64,000 nucleotides of DNA from a virus. Its lineage: Duplodnaviria > Heunggongvirae > Uroviricota > Caudoviricetes. Every line of letters begins with the position of its first letter. The first letter of the stretch is position 1. Below, in pieces: positions 56,767 to 64,000 of the stretch. Below the pieces are notes generated by a model that was not told the origin of the DNA, searched no databases, and was given only the letters and a program-made list of their open reading frames with translations. The position numbers and the translations under genes were made by a program. Where the stretch lies: the IMG/VR virus record IMGVR_UViG_3300045988_155182; one strand, written 5' to 3'.

Positions 56767-57673
56767 AATGATTGCCTAGATATGATTTTAGTTCTTCTTT
56801 AATGATTAGTGAGTATTCTAAAATATCACTTAGTAAAAATTTTGCTCTGTTAAAATACCCACCAAAAGAACCTAAAATTTCAGATGGTCTTTCTAAGAGC
56901 ATCACAATATCATCTTCTTGCACTTTAGTAATGTAACTTCTAACAGCTCTTTCTCCAATAACTCTTTTCTTACCGTTTATTTCAGATTCATCTAAAACCT
57001 TATTTATAAATTTTTCTGTATCATTGAATCGTCCACTATTGTGTACTATTGTATGTCTTAGTAGTTCAATTAGCTTGATGTTAAAGCGATAGTTTTTGCC
57101 AATCTTGTTGTTTGTTTCTATCTCTTTGAAGCCAGGTATTTTATTTCTGAAAATTTTAGTTATTTTTTTCGATGGGTTACTTTTTGCTTTTAATAATCTG
57201 TAATAAACTTCCCTTTTCCCAATTTCATCATCTTCAACCTTACCAAAATCACTTGAGGACCATAAATCATTTCGAACACATACAGTATAGACATATATTG
57301 CCTCAATATAGTCTTCCAGTAACTCATAGGCTTCAGTAATAACCCACTGATATTGTTTATTTTTCAAAGTATTACACAATCTTATCTTTTCTTCTAAATC
57401 AATGGCGCTGTTACCTATCTCTAATGTTGAACCTGTATATGGGTTTGAACATAAATGGCGAGCTAACGTTGTGCCACACTTAATCTTAATAGTTTCATTA
57501 ATATTAATAATAGTATCTGGATTCTGTGCATACTCCACTTCTTTAAGAAGACGTTTTATATTTTTCTTTGTTGTATCATTTATCTGATTTAAATAGTCAA
57601 AAAGTAAAGATATTTCTTCTCTAAATTCGTTGTATTTATTTTCAATCAAAGAATCAGACAACTTACCAATCAT
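56765..57673 (-). CDS. HEPN-like / Abi-family candidate protein (302 aa), AT-rich
   Basis: Rx4H motif (LLRHTIVHNSG) in the C-terminal half; only minus-strand gene in this block; markedly AT-rich, Lys/Asn/Ile-rich. Confidence 0.45.
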   Translation of the reverse strand: MIGKLSDSLIENKYNEFREEISLLFDYLNQINDTTKKNIKRLLKEVEYAQNPDTIININETIKIKCGTTLARHLCSNPYTGSTLEIGNSAIDLEEKIRLCNTLKNKQYQWVITEAYELLEDYIEAIYVYTVCVRNDLWSSSDFGKVEDDEIGKREVYYRLLKAKSNPSKKITKIFRNKIPGFKEIETNNKIGKNYRFNIKLIELLRHTIVHNSGRFNDTEKFINKVLDESEINGKKRVIGERAVRSYITKVQEDDIVMLLERPSEILGSFGGYFNRAKFLLSDILEYSLIIKEELKSYLGNH

Positions 57674-57758
57674 TAAAACCTCTATAAAATGTACATTTCA
57701 AGGCAATCCTTACTGTAATCTATTGTCGTAATCACTTCAATTGTTTACTAGTCAATCA

Positions 57759-57780
57759 ATAAGTTACTACATACTTATCA
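57759..57780. repeat. TAAGTA palindrome variant (aataagttactacatacttatc)
   Basis: Seen directly. Confidence 0.45.
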
Positions 57781-57846
57781 AAAAAATCTGTTTGTAGTAT
57801 AGTCTGATATGTTCGAATCAATATTTATAAAGGTATTTGTTAAGTT

Positions 57847-58092
57847 ATGACGATCACTATCTACGGACGAGATAACTGCTCATACTGCAAACGTGCGGTC
57901 GAGCTGGCGAAGCAACTAAAGGGACATGGCTACGGTGATTATGAGTACATCGACATCACCACTGCCGGTATCGACAAGGAAAAACTAAGTGAAATTGTTG
58001 GTAAACCGGTAGAGACTATCCCCCAGGTGCTGATCGATGGCCAGCCGATTGGCGGATACACAGAACTGGCTGCATACGTCAGCACCCTCTGA
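57847..58092 (+). CDS. Glutaredoxin / NrdH-like redoxin (81 aa)
   Basis: CSYC active-site motif near the N-terminus; size. Confidence 0.7.
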   Translation: MTITIYGRDNCSYCKRAVELAKQLKGHGYGDYEYIDITTAGIDKEKLSEIVGKPVETIPQVLIDGQPIGGYTELAAYVSTL

Positions 58093-58096
58093 TTTT

Positions 58097-58125
58097 AACG
58101 GCTCACAGGAGCCGTTTTTATTCCC
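58097..58125 (+). terminator. Rho-independent terminator (aacggctc-acag-gagccgtt + TTTTT)
   Basis: Seen directly. Confidence 0.6.
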
Positions 58126-58172
58126 ACCAAACTCACTCCCATTTCCCTTAAAATTCAAAAAACAACGTCAAA

Positions 58173-58205
58173 ATGATTCCATACCTACTATGTATGGAAT
58201 CATTG
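58173..58205. repeat. Perfect palindrome aatgattccatac-ctactat-gtatggaatcatt; the 13-mer also occurs near 54903 and 55920
   Basis: Seen directly; about 100 bp upstream of the integrase gene. Confidence 0.55.
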
Positions 58206-58302
58206 CTGAAAATGAGTTACTTTTACTCTTGATCCTATAAGAATCTATGCCTAATATACTGTTTACTTATACAGTGCATCGGCGTAACTCGGTGATTGTC
58301 AT

Positions 58303-59406
58303 ATGAAAAATAGCTTTGACAGAGCACGCGCTGCGGAGAACACCTCAAAAGAGGCGATAGAGTATCTCGAAAGAGCATCTCAAATGCAGGCCGTTATGAT
58401 CTCCCAGGTCAGCAATGACATGAGATTCTCGGACGCATTCATGTTATTCACTCGCTTATCTCTGCTGATAACCAGACGTCGGCCAGAGATCGCTGTTCAT
58501 TGTATTTTGATACATGTTTTGCCGCACATTGCCGATGTAAAAGTAAGTGACATTAATAGGTTCATGGTGAACCAACTGGTCAACCCACTAATACTGGATG
58601 GCAAAATTGTTATGGGCCGCCGCGTTTTCTCTCTGATGAAGCAGTTCCTTAGCTGGTGCGCCTTCCAGGGGATGATAGACGTGTCACCGTTGAACGATAT
58701 GTCACTTAACAAAGTTGCCGGTGGCGCAAAGCCCACACCTCGCGAGCGGAAGCTGACCGACGCAGAGGTATGGGTGTTCTGGAATATATGGGACTACTTC
58801 AATGTGTGTGCTGGTACAAAATGGGCGGCCAGGCTATGTCTTGTATCCGCAAGACGACCTGACGAAGTACTGCGGGCTAAAAAAAGTGAGTTCAATCTTA
58901 AGCGTGGGGTTTGGAATCAAGGCAAGAGGAACAAATCTGCCCGTGAGCATTCTCTGCCTTTAAGCTCATTAATGCGCACTTGTATTGAAGAGTTGTTCGA
59001 ATATGGTAAAGACAGCCAGTGGCTCGTGCCTTCGAATAAAAAAATCGGGAAAGACCTTCCTATGTCTAAAGTGGCAATAGCCCAGGCATTACGTCGTATT
59101 CTGGAACGACCAGAACTGATGGAGCTTGAGCCATTTACACCCCGAGATTTGCGCCGTACTGCGCGTAGTTACTTCCCAGCATTAGGCATAAGCCAGGAGG
59201 TATCACGTAAAATCATGAACCACAGTCTTGAGGGGATAGATCGGGTCTACGACCGGCACGATTATATGGACGAGATGCGAGACGCCTTAGAAAGTTTCTC
59301 GACGTACATCGCATCAATCGTAGAGCAACCGGATTTAGACGAAATTGACCACAAATTTAAGGGAGATCGTCTATCAACAGAGCTTATTCGTGTAAATTTT
59401 TCATAG
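58303..59406 (+). CDS. int: Tyrosine-type integrase/recombinase
   Basis: C-terminal catalytic pattern (RDLRRTARSYF ... HSLEGIDRVYDRHDY) consistent with the R..H..R..Y tyrosine recombinase signature. Confidence 0.8.
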   Translation: MKNSFDRARAAENTSKEAIEYLERASQMQAVMISQVSNDMRFSDAFMLFTRLSLLITRRRPEIAVHCILIHVLPHIADVKVSDINRFMVNQLVNPLILDGKIVMGRRVFSLMKQFLSWCAFQGMIDVSPLNDMSLNKVAGGAKPTPRERKLTDAEVWVFWNIWDYFNVCAGTKWAARLCLVSARRPDEVLRAKKSEFNLKRGVWNQGKRNKSAREHSLPLSSLMRTCIEELFEYGKDSQWLVPSNKKIGKDLPMSKVAIAQALRRILERPELMELEPFTPRDLRRTARSYFPALGISQEVSRKIMNHSLEGIDRVYDRHDYMDEMRDALESFSTYIASIVEQPDLDEIDHKFKGDRLSTELIRVNFS

Positions 59407-59787
59407 AGACTTTATGGCCTCAACAACCTTTTGTGATGCGCCTTTCTCTTTACCGAATCGCTCGTTATATGCAGCAAGAACCTGTTTTTCGTCCTCGTTA
59501 AGAGGAGCAGTGCCTTCTTTGTATAAAAATGCTGCGAGTTCGGGTTGGCGTTCTTCCAGCACCATCATCATAAGACGACTTGGCTCAATGCCCAGTGCCA
59601 GCGCCAGCGGACGAACCTTATCGATAGGCAAAGGAATTTTGCCGCTTTTAATTAAAGAAAGGTTGTTGGCGTTTTTATACCCAATTGTTTTGGCTATCTG
59701 GGCCTGGCTCATAGGTGAGGATTCAATCAACCCTGCGATAAAAGCAGCGTAGCGACTTTCTATAAATTCAATCTTGTTATCAGACAT
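59401..59787 (-). CDS. XRE-family HTH transcriptional regulator (cI/Cro-like)
   Basis: HTH-like QAQIAKTIGYKNANNLSLIKSG; convergent with and overlapping the integrase 3' end. Confidence 0.65.
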   Translation of the reverse strand: MSDNKIEFIESRYAAFIAGLIESSPMSQAQIAKTIGYKNANNLSLIKSGKIPLPIDKVRPLALALGIEPSRLMMMVLEERQPELAAFLYKEGTAPLNEDEKQVLAAYNERFGKEKGASQKVVEAIKSL

Positions 59788-60038
59788 GGTTACAACCTTT
59801 GCGCGTTCAATTCTCTCTGGTAAGTGCTTACCGATATTACATCAAAGGTTAGGGTTGTAAAGCTATTATCATTTTTTTCGATAGGCACTTAAAAGACCGG
59901 TTAAAGGCCATTGCACGGAGAAAAATTAGCCCAAAACAGGTAAGAAAATCAACTTGCATATGATATGAATGTATTCAGTATTGATACAAATTTTAGTAGT
60001 ATTCCTTACCATAGTATAAGTTAGAATGGATTGATTGA

Positions 60039-60251
60039 ATGAACACCACTATTTCCAGCCTAATCGCTCTTGAGATCGGACACGTACAGAAATTAGCTGA
60101 TGAGTGTGTAGCTGACATCCTCACCGATCTACCGAATGAGCAGATTCAGGTTGGTGTGAATGACACAACTGGATTTATATTCGAACTTAACAACAAACGC
60201 TTCACGCTTCTCAATACCGGCTCCGGGTCTTTAGCCGTCAGAATCTGTTAA
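60039..60251 (+). CDS. Small hypothetical protein (70 aa)
   Basis: ORF track; followed by a GC hairpin. Confidence 0.4.
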   Translation: MNTTISSLIALEIGHVQKLADECVADILTDLPNEQIQVGVNDTTGFIFELNNKRFTLLNTGSGSLAVRIC

Positions 60252-60317
60252 CCCCTCTTCTCCCTGCGCGAATGGCTTAGTTCCCTGTTCGCGCAGTGCT
60301 ACATTAAACACACTAGT

Positions 60318-60332
60318 AAATAATTTGTTTTC
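60318..60332 (+). promoter_or_regulatory. Operator half-site variant (aaataatttgttttc)
   Basis: Motif family member upstream of the vWA gene. Confidence 0.35.
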
Positions 60333-60349
60333 ATAACAAAGGATTAGCC

Positions 60350-62458
60350 ATGTCTAAAAAACGTTCCATCAAAGAGGTTCAGGACTTCCGTGACAGTGTA
60401 AAACGAGTAGTCGCTCTCCTTTCAGGTAAAAACATCCCTGTTGCAGAACGAGGGGACGACGCTTATGTACGCTATAACGATGATGGAGAGCCAATTCTCG
60501 TAAACATCCCATCAATCCCGGATAACGCAACACCGGCATTGATGAATGCTGTGCGCGGATTTCTCGATCATGAGGTTGCTCACATTTTGTTTACCGATAT
60601 TCGTGTGTCCAACAAAATGAGAGAAAAAGGACGCGTTCCTTCCTGGTCGCTATGGAATGCCTTAGAAGACGTGTTCATCGAGCGAAAAATGGGTCAGGTC
60701 TTTAACGGAACAAGACGTAATCTGATGGCAACTCAGCGCCTTATAATCGAAAAAGTCTTTAAACCAAAGGCTTCAGAGGCTATTGCTTATTGTGGCAAAG
60801 ATCAGCGCGCGCTTTTTCTAAACTTCTTTCTCTGTCCGGTTGTAAGAGCCTGGGATGGCCAAGCACCGTTCGTAGACTTCATGGATGAATATTGGCCTGT
60901 CATTGAGAAACCAATTTCATTATTAAAAGAACATGGTATCGATGTGGCCGTGCGTAACATGTCTTGCACCGAGGATTGTGTAAAGGTGGCTGCGACCATA
61001 GCTAAGATCCTCAAAGACACTGAAAGTGAAAGCAAAGGTAAGGAGTCAGCTCCGGGAAAAACTTCCGATCCTTCAGACGCTGACCAGACGGATGCCTCTG
61101 GAGAAAACAATGAAGACAACGAAGATCATGAGACACCCTCATCGTTAGATAATCACAAATCTATTAAATCAGAGTCACATAGTAAGTACAAACATGATAA
61201 TAACGACAGTGATGACTCAGATAATCCTGAATCATCAGAAACAATATTCGATGATACAGAAAATGATAAAGCGGTATCAGATTCTGATGCTTCTGATAAC
61301 GCGGCGTCAGAATCATTAACCGCTGACCACGAAAAAAGAAAAACGACAGAAGACGGCTCTTCAGACATTCCAACTCCGTCAAAAATGAGTCTGGAAGAGG
61401 CTTTAGAGGAGTTGGATAGCATGGAAGATGAAGTCGGAGGCATGACAGAAGATGCGCTATCCGAAACGATTAAAAGCGAGTTAACAGAAAGCTCGAAAAG
61501 CGAATACAGGCCATACAATCGCTCATACGACTTCATCGGCTCGATTGATCAGGCAGAAGCCCATATCAAACGGCTTATTAAAACATTCTCCGATATTGAT
61601 TTAGGTGGATATCCAATCAGCCGTTATCGCATCGTTCCTGAAGGCAACCAACTCTTCGACAAATATATTGAAAAGCACCTTTCGTCAGGTGTTTCGTCGA
61701 CGCTGGCAAAAGACCTGGAACGTGCAATAGCAAGCAGAAACAGAGTTCAGTTTATACCTGGCCAGCGTCGGGGGCGCATTCATGGTTCAAGTATCTACAG
61801 ATTAACAATGAATGATGATCGCGTGTTTCGTAAAAAAGAAGAATCTAAAGCCGTTAACGCCTGTGTTCAACAAGTGATTGATTTATCGGGTTCAATGAGT
61901 GGCGAAACGATAAAACTAGCTCTTGCAAGTGCATATACCATCGCCGATGCACTTGATCGAATAAATGTTCCCAACATTATCACCGGCTTCACTACATTTG
62001 GCAGTCATATGGCAGCAGGAGAACTTAAGGCTATCAAATATGAGTTCTCTCGCTTTGAATCTTTAATGCTACCTATCATCAAAAATTGGAATGAAAAAGC
62101 AAATTCTCGCGAAGTTCGCTCACGTATGGGGTGCGTAGGCTACACATTCCCACTTCTTAATAACGTGGATGGTGAAAGCATAGCCAGCCTTGCATCGTTA
62201 TTTTCCGGTCGCTTGGAGGACAGGAAGATCATGCTTGTTCTGAGCGATGGCGCGCCGTGGGCTGTTGGGAGAGGTTTTGACGCCCATTTGCGGTCGGTTA
62301 CGAAGCAAATTGAAACGCAGACTGACATTGATTTGATGGCAATTGGCATCATGACTGATGCACCGGAGAGATTTTACGCAAATCATGCCCTGGTAACTAG
62401 TGTTGATAGTCTTGGTTCATCTGTAGTTACTGAACTATCTCGTATCATTTTGAAATAA
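60350..62458 (+). CDS. CobT-like protein: N-terminal domain, long acidic Asp/Glu/Ser-rich linker, C-terminal vWA domain
   Basis: MIDAS-like DLSGSMSG in the C-terminal third; very acidic low-complexity middle; paired with downstream AAA+ ATPase. Confidence 0.6.
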   Translation: MSKKRSIKEVQDFRDSVKRVVALLSGKNIPVAERGDDAYVRYNDDGEPILVNIPSIPDNATPALMNAVRGFLDHEVAHILFTDIRVSNKMREKGRVPSWSLWNALEDVFIERKMGQVFNGTRRNLMATQRLIIEKVFKPKASEAIAYCGKDQRALFLNFFLCPVVRAWDGQAPFVDFMDEYWPVIEKPISLLKEHGIDVAVRNMSCTEDCVKVAATIAKILKDTESESKGKESAPGKTSDPSDADQTDASGENNEDNEDHETPSSLDNHKSIKSESHSKYKHDNNDSDDSDNPESSETIFDDTENDKAVSDSDASDNAASESLTADHEKRKTTEDGSSDIPTPSKMSLEEALEELDSMEDEVGGMTEDALSETIKSELTESSKSEYRPYNRSYDFIGSIDQAEAHIKRLIKTFSDIDLGGYPISRYRIVPEGNQLFDKYIEKHLSSGVSSTLAKDLERAIASRNRVQFIPGQRRGRIHGSSIYRLTMNDDRVFRKKEESKAVNACVQQVIDLSGSMSGETIKLALASAYTIADALDRINVPNIITGFTTFGSHMAAGELKAIKYEFSRFESLMLPIIKNWNEKANSREVRSRMGCVGYTFPLLNNVDGESIASLASLFSGRLEDRKIMLVLSDGAPWAVGRGFDAHLRSVTKQIETQTDIDLMAIGIMTDAPERFYANHALVTSVDSLGSSVVTELSRIILK

Positions 62459-62473
62459 TTAAAACAGCCTTAA

Positions 62474-62493
62474 TGATAAGTAACTACTTATCA
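62474..62493. repeat. TGATAAGTA-AC-TACTTATCA perfect palindrome
   Basis: Seen directly. Confidence 0.55.
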
Positions 62494-62553
62494 TAGTTAA
62501 TGGTATATTTATATAAGAACTTGAACGCTCATTAGAGAACAAAGGAAAAGCGC

Positions 62554-63789
62554 ATGACTACTACTGCACTGCAAAATGATAAAAATCCTTCTGATTACCT
62601 TGTTTGCAAGTGGTGCGGCAAATCATTTCACTATTTTAAGTCCCATGTAGCCAATGGTAATTGCGAGGGCATTCCTGAGTCAGTAAAAAATGCCGATCCT
62701 GACACCGTACTGAAAATGTACACAACGCAGTTTCCAGATGAACCAACGCTATCGAAAAAGGCACTTGATGCAATTCAAGCTAAACGTGCCGAGCAAAAAA
62801 GCGAAATGGCGAAATCTTCTGGCTTGACCAGTAGCCCAGGCTACACAGGCACAGTTGAGTACAAGACAGATCTGGTCGCAGCTCACGAACTGCTAAACGT
62901 AACGGTGGAAGAACTCGGAACAAAACGTGGGACGCCGCTCATGGTTAGCGTCAACGTCAATACGCCGTATCCAGAGTTCGTTCCAGAAGTGAAGAAGGGC
63001 TACGTATATGGCGACTTCGAACTGATCAAAGATATTTTCATGATGCTTGAACTTGGCATACCTGGCTATTTGTGGGGTCATGCAGGAACAGGCAAATCGT
63101 CATTGCCTACACAGCTATGTGCTTTGCTCAATCGTCCGTTGATCCGTGCCCAACATACAGCATCAATGGAAGAGGCACATGTTACGGGGCAAATTCTGGC
63201 GCGTGATGGCTCTACGTATTTCGAGCCTGGCTTGCTTGCGCTCGCAATGAAGCATGGCTGGGTTTACCTCGCGGATGAATACGACTTTGCGTTTCCACAA
63301 ATTCTTGGCGTGTATCAGCCAGTGCTGGAAGGTGAGGCGTTGGTCATCAAAGAGGCAACTCCAGAATGGCGTCGCATTACTCCGCATGAACGGTTTGCTT
63401 TCATTGGCACTGGCAACACAAACGGTTCTGGTGATGAAACCGGCTTGTACCAGGGTACAAACATCCAGAACGCCGCGAACTTTTCGCGTTTTGGCATCGT
63501 TTCGAATGTGAAATACATGAGCAAAGAGGCAGAGATCAACATGTTGATAAATGCCGGTATCGTGGATGAATACGCAGAAAAGATGGTTAAGTTTGCCGGT
63601 ATCGTTCGCGATGGATACGAAGAACACCTTATCAGTCAGCCAATTGGCCCTCGTGAACTTTTGTTGTCGGCCAAGATTGGAATGATGCGAGGCGACTTTG
63701 TGACAGGTATTGAGCGTTCTTTCATTAACAAACTCCCTTCAGCTTCTGCACAAGCGGCTCGTGAAGTTGTTCAAAAAATATTTGGTTAA
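62554..63789 (+). CDS. CobS/MoxR-like AAA+ ATPase
   Basis: Walker A GHAGTGKS, Walker B YLADEYD. Confidence 0.7.
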   Translation: MTTTALQNDKNPSDYLVCKWCGKSFHYFKSHVANGNCEGIPESVKNADPDTVLKMYTTQFPDEPTLSKKALDAIQAKRAEQKSEMAKSSGLTSSPGYTGTVEYKTDLVAAHELLNVTVEELGTKRGTPLMVSVNVNTPYPEFVPEVKKGYVYGDFELIKDIFMMLELGIPGYLWGHAGTGKSSLPTQLCALLNRPLIRAQHTASMEEAHVTGQILARDGSTYFEPGLLALAMKHGWVYLADEYDFAFPQILGVYQPVLEGEALVIKEATPEWRRITPHERFAFIGTGNTNGSGDETGLYQGTNIQNAANFSRFGIVSNVKYMSKEAEINMLINAGIVDEYAEKMVKFAGIVRDGYEEHLISQPIGPRELLLSAKIGMMRGDFVTGIERSFINKLPSASAQAAREVVQKIFG

Positions 63790-63791
63790 TC

Positions 63792-64000
63792 GTGCGTAAA
63801 GGATGTTTCGGCTCTCTTATCGCTGCTTCTGAAACTGGCAAGGCTTGTCTGGGGTGTCCAGACAAGCCCGATTGTCACCAATCAGCAAAAGAAGTTGCGA
63901 TTTCGATGTATGGGAAGTTCGTAGGCTTCCCCAATGACAAAATCAAAAAAACCAGAAAGGTAAAAACACATGAAGGCACTGATGGTTCGAACTGACTTCT
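63792..64000 (+). CDS. Partial ORF running off the window end, Cys-containing
   Basis: ORF track 63792..63995; truncated by the window. Confidence 0.25.

Noticed and set aside
54903-58205. The repeated AATGATTCCATAC element as classical attP arm-type sites
   Set aside because: Copies are spread over more than 3 kb, far wider than a typical attP; kept as a finding but not annotated as attP.

Overview
The whole 64 kb window reads as a temperate, lambda-like siphovirus genome (or prophage/phage-plasmid) with no clearly host-derived genes. All calls are from reading the ORF translations and DNA by eye; no searches or computations were run. Layout, left to right: (1) an early region of small genes (about 160-5900), each behind a copy of a conserved promoter/operator cassette, interrupted by a roughly 0.9 kb A+C-rich non-coding tract and two iteron-like clusters; (2) a regulatory hub of palindromes and hairpins (about 6100-6800); (3) a leftward operon with an SF2 helicase, a lipoprotein and a secreted protein (6802-10908); (4) two ParB-like proteins, an ATPase and terminase (10973-16248); (5) a complete head and lambda-like tail module (16275-42670) including a J-like protein with an expanded coiled-coil repeat, a side tail fibre with internal duplications, and a macro-domain gene between stf and tfa; (6) a lysis cassette (42792-44222); (7) a GNAT/RHH toxin-antitoxin pair, a ParA/ParG-type partition cassette and an AT-rich two-gene cassette of unknown function (44255-48402); (8) a replication module with DnaB-like helicase, primase and DNA ligase (48600-54696); (9) three tRNA genes next to an AT-rich HEPN-like gene (56123-57673); (10) glutaredoxin, tyrosine integrase and an XRE repressor (57847-59787); (11) a CobT-like vWA protein and CobS-like AAA+ ATPase (60350-63789). 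The strongest candidates for something undescribed are the HEPN-like gene beside the tRNA cluster, the AT-rich DUF2971-like plus 390-aa cassette, the macro-domain insertion in the tail-fibre locus, and the A+C-rich putative ncRNA flanked by iterons. The architecture is reminiscent of SSU5/pHCM2-type phage-plasmids, but that is inference only.
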